A DNA stretch of 64,000 bases from Callorhinchus milii. Its lineage: Eukaryota. The stretch is from NCBI RefSeq assembly GCF_018977255.1, contig NW_024704743.1, forward strand, positions 77,438,001 through 77,502,000. The letters run 5' to 3'. Shown here piece by piece: positions 39,560 to 52,159 of this stretch. The position numbers were made by a program, and so were the translations under genes. Under the pieces are notes generated by a model. The model worked only from the letters and a program-made list of their open reading frames with translations, had not been told where the DNA came from and searched no databases. Each line of letters starts with the position of its first letter. Position 1 is the first letter of the stretch.

Positions 39560-40265
39560 TAGAACAAGAGCACTGATAGCTATGTTGATGACATGTGGTA
39601 TTACTCTGTTAAAAACACATGAAATTGGTGAATGCAGCAAAATGACTTTCCCCAGTTTAAGCTTGTTGAAATTGATAAATGTGGAAGATGAACAACTGAC
39701 CAGAAAAGTAGCATTAAAGAAGTCTGAACATGACAGAAGTATTTTGATTTTTTTAACCGTAGTCTCTAAAGGAAAGGGTGCCACTACTTTATTGATGTCT
39801 ACATCCGGTTATCGGAACCATAAATCCTGCCAAGCTTTTCTGGCAACTATTGAACCGATACTATTTACCACATCTAGTGCTCATTTCCTGCTACTCCCAA
39901 ATAAGGACTAAAGGCTTGTCATTTGACCCGCTGAGTGCACTCCTTTATCATCCAGGCCAAAGGATAACCTTTACTTGTTCAGACATCCTCTGTTTTCTTG
40001 ACTGCTCTGACCCCTGCTTTCTTTTAACACCTTTTTATCCAACAGTTTATGTTTTTTTTGGAAAAAAATCTATAGCTTCTTGTAACACATATTTTCCCCA
40101 CTGTTTTATGAATGAACCCAACTTTTACTGAACTGGTTGCCGTTTTTCCATGTTTCGACAAGACTGCCAAAAACATTGTTGCTGAGCAAGTTGTTGAATC
40201 TGTTGTTACAATCATTGTGGTCATGCCCATCCTGAAGCAATTATAAATAGTGGTTACAAAGGAAA
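39560..40265 (+). pseudogene. Degraded DDE integrase-like fossil (Gypsy or Ginger type)
   Basis: 40115-40260 translates FTELVAVFPCFDKTAKNIVAEQVVESV, then after a frameshift HCGHAHPEAIINSGYKG, resembling the rve pattern FTKWVEAFP..DKTA..VA..L.....HG.PE.IISDQG. Confidence 0.5.
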
Positions 40266-40267
40266 AC

Positions 40268-40585
40268 ACTGCAACAAAACTTGCATTGCTATAGAGTCCT
40301 TTAAGCAGGGTAGCTTCTCAGAGCACTTAACAATGGTGGGGCTTGATGCAGAAATAAGAGAAAAGGAGGTGACCTTAGGCATGGTTGAAGCGCTCCAATC
40401 TGAAGACAGGCAAAAAGGGGGCAAGGTGGAGGGATTGAGTTGGGGTGTTCCAGCATTCGGTGGCATAAGCATGACTGCTGATGATGGAGCGGCGGGAATA
40501 ATGCCTATAGAGCCAGTTGAGCGCAGTGGGTAGCTAAAGGAATTGGATGTGAGCAGGTTTTAGAGGTAGGGTGACGCGAGGGCAA
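40268..40585 (-). mobile_element. L2 3' tail
   Basis: Reverse-complement tail aacttgcattgctatagag, same family as 18968-19262. Confidence 0.75.
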
Positions 40586-40658
40586 AATGCTTCATTAGTA
40601 AATTAGCAAAAAATTCCTGAGCCATGTTTTTATTTTACTGTTTTATTTTCTGTTGCAG

Positions 40659-40747
40659 TTCAGGGCATGTGTGGCATTGCTGCTGAATGTGAGGGGAAAT
40701 TTGATGAGCAGATTCCAGTCAACGGAGAGAGTGGAATGTACTATAAG
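40659..40747 (+). CDS. OFCC1: OFCC1-like exon F (V-QGMCGIAAECEGKFDEQIPVNGESGMYYK)
   Basis: Long pyrimidine tract ending ttctgttgcag, donor AAG|gtgaca. 89 nt, phase 1 to 0, exactly bridging exons E and G. Confidence 0.7.
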
Positions 40748-41065
40748 GTGACAGTATCGTTCTGAAAGCTTCACACTTAAGACGTGCACATGCCTGAGAT
40801 TGTTGGCTAAGATTTGTCAAAATATATTTTGCGCCCAATGGTATTTGCTGTCTTCAAAGCAGAGTTTGATGTGTTTGACAAGACAAAACGAATGACCCGC
40901 TGTGAAATCAGTAACATCAACAGAGCAGTAGTGAGAACACACCTCTTCAGCTGCAGAAGTCTTGGACAAAATTAATCAAAGTCTGCAGTTAACCTGCCAC
41001 CTTTTGAATCAGTACCAAGTTTTTTTTTCCTTTACCTGCTCCATAACGTGTTACTATTACTTTCA

Positions 41066-41373
41066 GAGTCCTGTAGCTCAGTGGTTAGAGCACTCGCTTC
41101 CCAAGTGAGACACCTGGATTCAATTCCCAGCAGGGCGAAACCTTAGGCAAGTTTCCTTACTCAACACGCCGGATAATAATCCCTCAAGAAAAAAAATATA
41201 ATAATTTGGTCACTCAATCCATGACTGTTTGTGGGACACTGCTCTGCGCAATTGGCTGCCATATTTCGCCCACAAATATAGTCAATTCACTTTACAGTAT
41301 ATTCTGTGAAGTGCTGTGAGACGTCTAGAAGATGTGAAAGGTGCTATATCAAATGCAAGGATTATTATTATTA
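41066..41373 (+). mobile_element. Young SINE, short form
   Basis: gagtcctgtagctcagtggttagagcactcgc...gctatatcaaatgcaaggattatt. Confidence 0.92.
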
Positions 41374-41389
41374 CTGTTGAGAGTTGAAT

Positions 41390-41945
41390 TAATAGTCCAG
41401 GCTAAAACTAAGGCTGTGAGACTGGGGTGGGGGGAGGGTTAGGATTGCATTGCATTATCTGAGCTGCTGTCTTTTGGATGAGATATTAACCCGAGGCCCT
41501 ACCTGCCAGTGCAGTAGACATTATGGATTGCATATCTATTCAAAAAGAGAAATGTCTTTCTCCCATGTGGATAGTGGAGCCTGCAAAGTGGAGGGAGCGG
41601 ATAGTTTGGTGAAGTTTTAATAGGTTGCAGAGGTAGAGAGGAGCAAGACCATGGAGGGATTAAAGGTGAGGACAAGGATCTTGAACTAAATTCTCTGGGG
41701 GATGGGGAGTGAATAAGCCAGGTAAGGATGGGGGTGATCGGCTCACAAAGCTTAGTTATTGGCTGGGATGTCAGGAGAAACTCTCTGCACTTTTCAAATA
41801 GTGCCATGGGATCTTTAACAACCACCTGAATAGGCAGATGGGACAGATGATGCAGCACATCCCCAGCAATGCATTGGGCTGCCAGCCTAGACTATGTTGG
41901 ATTGAAGTCTCAATGTGAAGCTTGAACCTATAGCCAACTGAGCCA
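41390..41945. mobile_element. Deu-SINE fragments (+ and -) around an antisense L2 fragment (about 41570-41750)
   Basis: Deu core in both orientations; PITPILTWLIHSP L2 peptide. Confidence 0.6.
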
Positions 41946-42245
41946 GACTGACATGTAAAGCAATAAAAGACAAGTGCAACATTCCGGCAGTGTGTCAGCA
42001 GATTGAATTTCTGTGCTTATCATACTTTTTTGAAAAAAAAAGCATTGAAAAACAAGCACTGTTCAATTGTCAGTTTTACAATGATACAGGATTATCATCA
42101 GATCCCACCCTCTTTGGGGAAATTCAGAGGTATTTCATTCTAGGTATCCCTAGAATGAATTACTCACTCTCTTTGTACAAAATGTTCTGATCATTTTACC
42201 AGTTTCTCTAACAGACAAAAGTTATTGTTTAATCTTTTTGTGTAG

Positions 42246-42379
42246 GTCGTTCAGTGTGATCCACTCGAGTACAACAACCAAAGGAAATCCCATCAGCATA
42301 CTCCTGCTGAAGAAACAAAATCAATTCCACAAGCACCATCCTACTTGGAGGAACTACATCAACACCGATTCTCTGTAGC
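42246..42379 (+). CDS. OFCC1: OFCC1-like exon G (VVQCDPLEY...APSYLEELHQHRFSV-A)
   Basis: Acceptor tctttttgtgtag, donor gtgagc. 134 nt, phase 0 to 2. SYLEELxxHRFSV motif recognised from OFCC1. No further exon found before 64000. Confidence 0.85.
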
Positions 42380-43011
42380 GTGAGCATTATTTAAACATTT
42401 TTGTTAATTCAAAGTACTCTGTACTTTGCGAAACTTCTTCCCCAGAAATCTTTTAATCACCTTTCCTTAAGTAATCCCATTCATATGACAGCTATGCTTA
42501 ATAGGTTCCTTTTTCTCCTCCCATGTTAAAATCACTCAGAGAAGAGGGATGATATCACTTGTTCTTTGACTGATTTAACTGTCATTGAAAGATTTTTTTT
42601 TTTAAATGTTTTTTAAAGTTAATTATATTAGTTAAACACAAGAGGGAAAAAGTTAAAATGCCAATTTATTAAATAGAGCAATTCCTGCTTTTAAATACTG
42701 ATTGTGTTAGAGAAAATGTCTAACCTATAGGCTGGATAATTAACACATCGGACTGGTTTGAGAAGGGATTATGTTGATATGAGATTTAACTTGTAATTTT
42801 TATGCCTCAATGTTTAGACATTGCTGTCCAAGTCAATTCTTAAGGCTTAGGTTGCAGCCTTCTTTAACTATTGGAGTCCAATTGGAAACTCTAATGTCTT
42901 GCACATTAAGCCTGACAGAGAAGTCTATATTTAATTGTAGCTTGATATTGCAATGCTATTGTGTATTGCAATCCATATGTAGTGTTACAAAGTAGGTAAC
43001 CATATGCATCA

Positions 43012-43203
43012 GGATTGAGGGAGAGAGTTCCAGAGTTTCGGGGCATAGTGGCTGAAAGCGCGACCTCCGATGGTGGGGAGGAAGGTGTGAGGGACGAGCA
43101 GGAGGCTGGTGCCAGTCGAGCAGAGGTGCCGCTTGGTAGATTAGGGAGTGAGGATGTTGGAGAGGTAGGGAGGTGCCAGGAAGTGAATGGATTTGAACAC
43201 GAG
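43012..43203 (-). mobile_element. L2 3' fragment
   Basis: High similarity to 19146-19245 (gttccagagtttc...gcgacctccgatggtgggg). Confidence 0.8.
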
Positions 43204-46048
43204 TGTGTTTACATTATTATGGTGTGTATAGTATCAATCTATTACTCTACAGAAGGAGGTTTATTTTGACTTTTAAAACAAAAGACTCTGGCAGTGTCTC
43301 ATCCTAAAAGTCAGACCCTTTATTGCAGAACAAACATGAGTCTATCATGCTGATCACTAAATGTACAGTAGGTCCCTGTAGATACACATTTTAGATAAAG
43401 CTGTTTTTCACCCACAAAATATACAGTCAATTGATTTTACCGTGTATTCTATGAAGCGCTTTGAAACATCTCGAAGATGTGCTAAGGCGCTATATCAAAT
43501 GATCAAATGCAAGGATTATTATTAATTTCTTGTTCATTTAACTGCATCAATTCCAAGATCCAGAAATTAAGTTGATGTAATTTGGTGGCAAACATTGCCT
43601 GTCCCGAATTTTTCATGAATCTGTTTAAATTGGGAACACAGCTAAGTGTTTTTTTATTCTGATAGCAGTGCATTGAAATAGACAGACAGAGTAAAAACAT
43701 GTTAGAGTTCAGCAGAAGAGGAAAGTGATTGAATTCAGTCAATGTCTTCTTCTGCTGCATTCCAATGTCGATCTTCATCATCGAGGCTGCGTTTTAGTGG
43801 CAGGATTCTGCTGGAGTGTACTATTGTGTCGAGCTCACTGTCAGGAGAGCATGATTATCACAAGCAAAACACATTATAAAGCATAACAAACTTTACCCTA
43901 TAAATGTCGTTGTATGCATTTCAGATCTCAATTTATTTCAGTTGATTGCACTCACTTCTGGGTCAGAAGAATTCAGGTTCAAGCCCCATGTTAGGACTCA
44001 AGCGCTGATACTCCAGTACAGTGCCTGGGGTGCATTGCATTGTTGGAGATGCCATCCTTTGCATTATTGTAGTGACAATATATTACTTTGGTTAGTACTA
44101 TTTAGATGGTAAGTATAAGCTAATGCACCACCACTGTTCTTTCAACATTATTTTATTCGAGAATAGACGTGCATTGTGCTGGTGAAATTAATTATCTATA
44201 AAATAATGGATACCTTTGAATGATTACAAGGCAGTAACCTAATTGATGGGTTGAGACAACACCATAAGTCATGAGTAAAACTTCAGCAGTTCATTACAGT
44301 CATCCCAACCTCGCGATTAATTACTAACCTTGAAATCGCTGCACGTTAGTGTATTATTTATAACATATCCTGTTTGAATTTTATGTGGTGGATTTTTAGT
44401 TCTGTTTGTGTTCAGCGTCAGCATGTCAGGGCACCCACCCTAGCATCATTCATGGGTAAAGATGATTGCATATAAGGATCAATAAGCATGATATCCTTGC
44501 TGTGTTTATCAAGAAACATTGTGTGGTAGTTGTTCTGTTTCCAGGATGTATTTTGAATGATGAATTAATGGTCCTGGGGTGGAGAGGAGAAGAGGGTAAA
44601 ATTCTACTGGTTGCATTATTACATTACAAGTGTATACTGCCGACTTCAATAACGTATTATTAACCTTGTGAACCAGATGATTAGAAAATTTCAATCGCCC
44701 CTCCCTCCCGCTAATGTTTCCTTTACCAATCTCAAATCCCTTCAGTGTTTTCCTCCATCTCTGCCAAGATTCCTAAAATGCACACCACAATATGTTGTAC
44801 ACACTCATATTACAATCTAACGAGAACCATGCTTTTGTAGTGCGCTCACCGTGCAAATACTGTACACCATTTAAAGTAAAGATCAGTTACATTTGCACCT
44901 TTCATCGCAGTACTTTGTATCTTACCAAAGCTTTGCATCTCCTCCCATCAAGTGGTTTTCTAGATTAATGAGACTGTGGTGTCCCTCGGGCAACTGTATT
45001 TCTTCATAACATTTAAGTGATCTTTACACACCAATTTGAAAAATTACTATGCTGTGAGGACAACTAATTGACTAATGGCATGCTCTTCCAAATTCTTACC
45101 TTACTGTTGAAAAATCTGTCTGTGGTTAGTTGTGTGTAGTACTTGCATATTATGCAAGTAACATTCTATGATTCTATGTTGTGACCGTTATTATGCATAT
45201 ATCATTTACCCCCAAATTAGTAAGATTCCATCATGATCTTGCAACTGTGTACAAAAGTTATGATACTGTGAAGCCATTCAAATGCATTCAAATGGCAACA
45301 TAGATTCCTGTGTAGAGAATCCCATGATTAAAATGCTATTAGCATTCTTTTGAAATCCGAGCACTTCAAATTAACACTGGGTTTAATGATGTAAAATATT
45401 TGGAATGAATCTAAGGTCAGCTTTAATCCCTGGTGTATAGTTAGATGGTCATTGCTTGTTAATTGCAGACAGAAACAGAAAGGAAGAAATGGGCGGGTGA
45501 AGGGAAAACAGTGGTCTCAGGCCCTGAGAATGACTTTTACACAGCTGCAGTCTCTAAATCTCACTCTGTGTAGTGCAGACGCCTGCATTCTTCAATGAAA
45601 TAAAGCTTGTCAGTTTGAAATTTTTTTCTGTTCTTATACCAGTTTTAGGGCTTTAGAAGGAGCTTGTGGCAGCTCAGTAATTATTACAGACTCTGGCTGG
45701 CCAAACAGAGCCACATTGTTACATATATGCAGTTCCCACACCCCAGCGACCAAGGGCTTGTGATCCATTAATGAAGAAGCACAGATACATGATGAAGAGG
45801 CCCCACAGGGCAAAAAATAGTCCACTGTGCCCTTTTGATTCAGGTGGTGGTTCCAGATGTAAAGAATAATCTGGTGATTTGAGTGTTCATCCAAGATCGA
45901 ATCCTATGGAACATTCAAAGTGTGATCGCAATCTTTACCAAAAGATTGAAAAAAGGCTGGCATCAAAAAGTCCTGCATACATGCCTATAAATAGTTTCAA
46001 TGAACAGACATGCTCAGTAATGAATTGCTTGGGAAACCCTGAACAAAG

Positions 46049-46345
46049 ATAATAATAATCCTTGCATTTGATATAGCGCTTTTCATGTCTTCGAGACATC
46101 TCAGAATATACTGTAAAATGAATTGACTGTATATTTGTAGGTGAAACGCGGAAGCAAATTGCGCACAGCAATGTCCCACAAACAGTCATGGATTGAGTGA
46201 CCAAATTATTATTGTTTTGTTTTTTGAGGGATTATTATCAGGTGTGTGGAATAAGGAAACTTGTCCAAGGTTTTGCTTTGCTGGGAATCAAACCCAGGTC
46301 TCTCGCTTGCGAGGCGAGTACTCTAACCACTGAGCTAAAGGACTC
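46049..46345 (-). mobile_element. Young SINE, short form
   Basis: Reverse complement of the family consensus. Confidence 0.9.
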
Positions 46346-47209
46346 TTGAATTAGGCAAAATGCAATTTTGCTGTTGGTTTTCATTTCAAATTTGTAATGT
46401 AAAGGGTATATTTTGTTTGATCTCAGTAAAATAACATTACATAATTTCACAAATGACAACAGTTGATTTGTGACAGTGTCAATATGCACACCAGTGACTT
46501 AAATCCCTATTTCACTGAACCGTCTTGAAGCCCAACATTTCACCTTATCTTAACTTGCAAAGACCATTTTATTTTAAAATTGAAGATCATGCAGAATTGT
46601 GAAGAATTCTTAAAATCAATCTTAATGAAGTCAATTTTCCTTTGTTCTCAAAAAGGAACTAGTTTCCAAATTTCCAGGTTTGCTTACAAAACGCAGTGTG
46701 AAACACGTTAAAAGCTCTGTATTTATGCCTGAATGAACTGACATGCTCATAAATGAATTGCTTGGGAAACCTTGAACATAGCTTAAGCAATGTGAAAGTC
46801 ACTATACCAATGTACGTATTATTATTAATAATAATAAATTAGGACTATATTTGCAAATTTTCCACAATTCTGTTAAATCTTAAATAACTTTAAAGTCAAA
46901 ACAGGCTATTTTCAAACCTTTGATCTTTAGATTTTATATATTTGTAAATGGACATGGAAGCAGTATTTTTTGTGAACTAAACACTCTTCTCCCCCCACCC
47001 TTTTGTGCTCCACACTTCACCTACATAAGAAGTATCCAGACAGTATTGTTTCTCACTTTGGTTACCTTTAGTATATATGAATGCCTGATGTCTAGGTTAT
47101 AACAGAATCAATCTGCAGTACTTGTCTAACCTGAATCTATCATGCGTAACACAAATGGTTGTTGACATTGAGTCTACAACTGCATTTAAAAGGGAATTGG
47201 AATTTTGGT

Positions 47210-47600
47210 TGGCCAGCCGGTTGTCTGACATACTTGGACACCCATCACCATGCTGAAGAGGATCCAAATCAGAATAACATATGTATGTCATCTAAACATG
47301 GACATTTTCCTGTGTCTGGAATGGAATATGCCTTCTCCTCTCAGAGTGACACTTCCTGCTTACCTAATTCCATAGAGTATTAAGCACAGGTTGACAAGAG
47401 CAAAGGCTTGGGGATCGCAGAGTGTGTGTTGGGGTACTGCTGAAGTTTAACCCAACAAAAATCGCATAGCTTGCCATTGAGAGCACTGTCTGGGAAGCTT
47501 TATGCGGCTTGTCCAGCTAGAATCACCATACCTTTTAGGGCTGTATCTTGCACTGTTTCCAAAAGCTGAGTGGGAAACATCTCTGATCCCAACGAAGTGA
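47210..47600 (+). repeat. Repeat family X copy
   Basis: ggccagccggttgtctgacatac...ggaatggaatatgcc...gagtattaagcacaggttgacaagagc...catagcttgccattga. Confidence 0.7.
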
Positions 47601-47645
47601 ATTGGATAAATACTTAAGTAAAAATATCTTACTTGAATTATATAT

Positions 47646-48004
47646 TAATAATAAGCCTTGCATTTGTCTTTGAGATATCTCAAAGCGCTTCACTCTAAAG
47701 TGTATTTCACTGTATATTTTATGGGCGAAATGCGGCAGCTAATTTCGCACAGCAGTGTTCCACAAACAGTCGTGGATTAAGTAACCATAATATTATTTTT
47801 TAAAAATATATATTTTTGAAGGAATTATTACTCCCGGGAAAACAATAGGTCAGTCGACTTAATAGCTGGGTTCCTACTTACTGCTAGGTAAACAGAGGCG
47901 TGTGGAGTAAGGAAACATGACCAATGTTTTGCCTATCCCGGAAATCGAATCCAGGTCTTTTCGCTTGTGAGGCAAGTGCTCTAGCCACTAAGATACAGGA
48001 TTCC
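47646..48004 (-). mobile_element. Young SINE, long form
   Basis: Contains gggttcctacttactgctaggtaaacagaggc (long-form segment) and the tRNA head. Confidence 0.88.
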
Positions 48005-48129
48005 ATATGATAAAGAACATTGAAATGGGATTAGAATAGATAACTTGAGTGAGGAGCTAACACCAGCACAGATTGACCTCCTATGTTTTAAACTTTTTAT
48101 GATTCTATAATAAATGAGATTAATTTTAG

Positions 48130-48945
48130 TCTAGATACACTATGTCACATGACTTCCTACCATCAATTTGGGATGTCAACCCCTTAATAAAGACTATGAG
48201 GTTGGACAGATGAGATCTGCGCCCTTCTGAACCGGTGCTGGTTGATATTTATTTGGGTATTTTTATACAAATAGTCTTCCAATTTTTCTTTAAGGATCAA
48301 CCATAATTTTTCCAATTATTTAGGTAAGGCCAGTGAGCCTGTAGTTGACAAGTTTTGTCACCTTTATTCAATTTGCAAACAATATTTGCAACTTCCAGTC
48401 TGTTGGAACCTCCCCAGTGACGATTGACTCCCTCATGATGTCTGTCAGTACTATATGATTCTCCTGCCTCATATCTCTAAATCCCCTGAGCTACCGTTCA
48501 TCTATCCCAAGTAATTTGTTCCTTTTCAGCCCCTTGAGCTTATCTAGATCCTCAGCCTCACTCATGTTAAAGACCTGAAGCTCAAACAATGCTTGCTGGA
48601 TGGTTTGTGGGGGGAGGGGGGTTGGAGAGGCGCACACTGATAAAAATTCTCCAGGAAGTAGTCGTTTAATAGGTTTGCTATCTCCTGTTATTCCCTTATT
48701 CAACCTCCTTTGAATCCATTAGAGTTTTGACATTTTCCCTCTTACTGCTGTAATATTGAAAAAAATCTCATTTTGTTTTGCATTCACCGTTAGCTCCCTG
48801 TCCAGTTTTCTCATGACTCCCCTTATCTCTTTTCTACCTATTCTATGCAGTCTTATATTTAGCCTAATGGTCACCTTCGCCTTTCTCCTTACAAGTTTTG
48901 TAAATCTTCCTTTTTTTCTTCTTTTGTTTTCCTGTTCGTCCATTC
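48130..48945 (-). mobile_element. CR1 LINE ORF2 internal fragment (pre-RT linker and RT N-terminus), degraded
   Basis: RKEIRGVMRKLDRELTVNAKQN, LTDIMRESIVTGEVPTDWK and NQHRFRR resemble the CR1 motifs GEVPEDWK and NQHGFRKG. Confidence 0.75.
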
Positions 48946-48954
48946 TGGGGTCAA

Positions 48955-49681
48955 CCTCCATATGTATGCGGATGACACCCAACTCTATCTTTCTGCCTCC
49001 ACCCTCAACTCCAGGACCACTGCTGTCCTGACAGACTGCCTGTCGGACATCAAGTCCTGGATGAGGGCAAATTTCCTACAGTTGAATGTGAACAAGACTG
49101 AGGCCCTTCTGATTGGCTCACGACAGCGCCTCTGCATCTCAGGCTCTGGCTGCATCACCTCCATGGTTGCACAATACAACTCACCAAACCAGTCAGGAAC
49201 CTCGGTGTCTTGTTCGAAACCTCAATCGTCTTTTCTTCCCCACATCCAAGCCATGACCTGCTCTGCCTTCCCTCACCTCCGTAACATCGCCAGACTCCGC
49301 CACTACCTCACCCCTCAGGCCGCTGAAACTCTTGTTCATGCCTTCATCACCTCCAGCCTTGACTATGCAAATGCCCTGCTTGTCGGCCTTCCCAACTCCT
49401 CCCTCCACAGGCTGCAGATAATCCAGAACTCTGCAGCCCGTGTCCTCTCCCGCACCAAACTCCGTGACCCCATCTCTCCCACTCTCGCCTGACTCCATTA
49501 GCTCCCTATTCTTCAGAGTATCCAGTTCAAGATCCTACAAGGCCACCTCCGTTCTCCGACCATCCCTTCTCTCCCCCCCCCGACCCCAGCTCGGGTCGGA
49601 AATGCTGTACACCGTCCAGCACCTTGGGATGTCCCCCCGACATGAAAGACGCTATACAAATGTAATCTTCTTGTTGTTGTT
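48955..49681 (+). mobile_element. L2 LINE 3' fragment
   Basis: ORF 48962: MYADDTQLY...LQLNVNKTE...LVHAFITSSLDYANALL...QNSAARVL. (TTG)n tail. Confidence 0.93.
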
Positions 49682-51279
49682 TTGGAATATTTGTTTATTT
49701 TGGCCTTGATGCACTTGGATGAATTTTATCCATGTTGTCGTATTATTTGTTACTTTTTTACCTTTGTCTCATCTCACACGAAGAAGAATGCTTGGTGAGA
49801 TTTGGATACAGGGGGCTTGGAATACCCATTCTGTAAATTCAATATGTGGAATTTCAAATAGTGCATGCAACAGGAGAGTGGGAAAACCTTCACTGGAACT
49901 TCAGAAACTGCATTGCAACTGCAGACCAGGCAGCCAGACGTAATACAGACGTAATACACCAGCTTTCACACATCTGTCATTGATCAGATGCTCTGTCAGA
50001 CTATTACAGCTTGAAAAGGAATGACATTGAGAACTTTTTTATTTTCTAAAAGAAATGCTGCATACTGCTAATGTAACTGAAGTTATCTGGATCCGGTAGA
50101 ATTCAGTCAATTTGGATTTTCCTGGCTCAATCCAAAGCAATTAAATTAGAAGCAGATTTGGGGCCTTTGGATTTCACACTTGGAATAAGGAACATCAAAC
50201 ATCTGGAACAAAATCAGTGGTCAGTTTTGTGGCTCCATTGGTCAGTTTATTAAGCTGAGAATCAAACAAGATTTTTGAATAAAATTTGCAGAGTATTATA
50301 GTCAAAAGTTGGTTATTTCTTGTTTGGTGATGTACTGCGACTTCATGTTGTTCAGGTACCAATCGTGCTGATGACCAGCTAGCTAGCTTTATTCTTAGCT
50401 CATTTTTAATACAATATTCCACAGTAGGACTCTGAAAGCTTTGTTTTGGAATTTCCACCTCTATTAGCCATCTAGAATACATTTCAAAGTTTTGCTGATA
50501 TAATCAAAAATCATTTTAATATTCCATATTATAGGCTTTCATAATGTGCAGATTTCCACACATTTATTTAATTTAAAATAAACATGGAGAAGTTTTCTGT
50601 TTTTCTAGGTAACCGATTGAATTATATAACATTTGAAAGGGGACCACTTAAAATATATGTGAATATCAGGCTCCAGTCATTGTGATATGAGTGATGTGAT
50701 GATATCACCATGGCATACTGTAGTGAAATAACTGCAGTAAAACAACATTTCATTACGTTTCAAAACTTTGAAGGTTGTAGTTACTGTAATGCACACTTAA
50801 TTAATACTCTTTGTTTTACGTATTTAGCAAGTGCATTGCAGTGAAGACATGTATAGACAGAAAATTGCATATATTAGCTTCACAACAATGTAATTTGTGT
50901 TACATTCCAATCTATTAATACATTTATTGGTATTAATGAGTACTTAAATAATTCCATCTACTTTCATCCTTCTTATGAATGTAAACAATTTGGCTGAATA
51001 AAAATTCCACACAAAACTTTTTTTTGTCCAATTCCTCGAACATGTTATCACAGCTGCTAGCACAGTATTCCCTTTATAAATGCATTTTTGCATAATTCTT
51101 GCTGAATCCTTTTTGCTTTAATGTTGTTAATGTTAATCACATATTGATGGACCATTTCTATATGTGTGCTAAATAGTACGTGTGAATATCAGCATCCTCT
51201 GGCAGTCTTTGTGATATCAGAGATATGCTGATGTCACCATGGTAGTGAGGTAGCTGCACATCACATTTGATTTACAGAG

Positions 51280-51462
51280 CTGATGTGCCTAATACTCTCT
51301 GGAACTAACTAAGCAGAATGCATCCCTCCAGGGAGAGAGTGCATTCCATTCCAACAATCTATCTCTGGGATTTTCATGTGATGCATCGAACTTTGTTAGG
51401 TTCAGATACTCTTAAGCATAGAGATGGTATTCCGCATGTGTCCATCAACTGGCTGACTGCCC
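51280..51462 (-). repeat. Repeat family X copy
   Basis: gtgcctaatactctctgg...ccctccagggagagagtgcattccattcc...ctcttaagcat...gcatgtgtc...ggctgac. Confidence 0.7.
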
Positions 51463-51599
51463 CCCCACCTAAAAAAAAATGCTGTTATGTTTACAGAAAG
51501 GTCCGTGTTTATTATTATTTAGCTATTTCATCACCCATATTAAACAATTAAATATGCTTCATAAAACGTACTCTACTCCCACACCAGGTTCAGTGAACC

Positions 51600-52018
51600 T
51601 AACATCCCCAATGTTCGCTCTAATGGCTCCCCATCCCTCAGCAGATTGTATACAAGCTCCTTATCCTCATATTCAAATTCCTCCACGGCCCCGACTTCTG
51701 TGACCTGCTGGAACTCAATTGTCCTAGGTGCTCTCTTCGCTCAGGTGGTACCTGCTTCACGCCCCCCCACTCTATTTGTCCCACCATCAGTGCAGAGTGT
51801 TCAGCCATTCTGCTCCCATACTCTGGGTACTCCATCCCAGAGTCCCTCCTCCATCCCCAATTATAAAACCCACCTTCAGACTTATCTTTTTGACCGAGCT
51901 TTTGATCATCCTTCCCCCTCACATGTACGAGCTTGGCTGCCCAGTCAGCTGAGTAAAATGCTTTGAATTGTCCTCCCGATAGGAAAAGTGCTGTATCAAG
52001 GTAAAATGTTGATGTTGC
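51600..52018 (+). mobile_element. L2 3' fragment
   Basis: YKTHLQTYLFDRAFDH peptide and tail. Confidence 0.75.
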
Positions 52019-52159
52019 AATAAAAGGTAACGGTGGATTTATCAATTGTTCAAAATATATAAAGAACGATATTGGGAAAAAGTGTTTGTGAGGTATTATT
52101 CCTCCAAGGTTGAAAATTAATTTGAAAGCTGAAGCGATCATTCCAGTAAGAGATAGTAA

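Noticed and set aside
49719-49943. ORF RRMLGEIWIQGAW as the next OFCC1 exon
   Set aside because: No convincing splice sites and no resemblance to the hydrophobic transmembrane region expected after HRFSV. The next exon probably lies beyond the window.
50195-50482. Minus-strand ORF containing KILFDSQLNKLTN, a possible second Myb fossil
   Set aside because: The downstream W..I..VN and KKW motifs are absent in the frames I checked.
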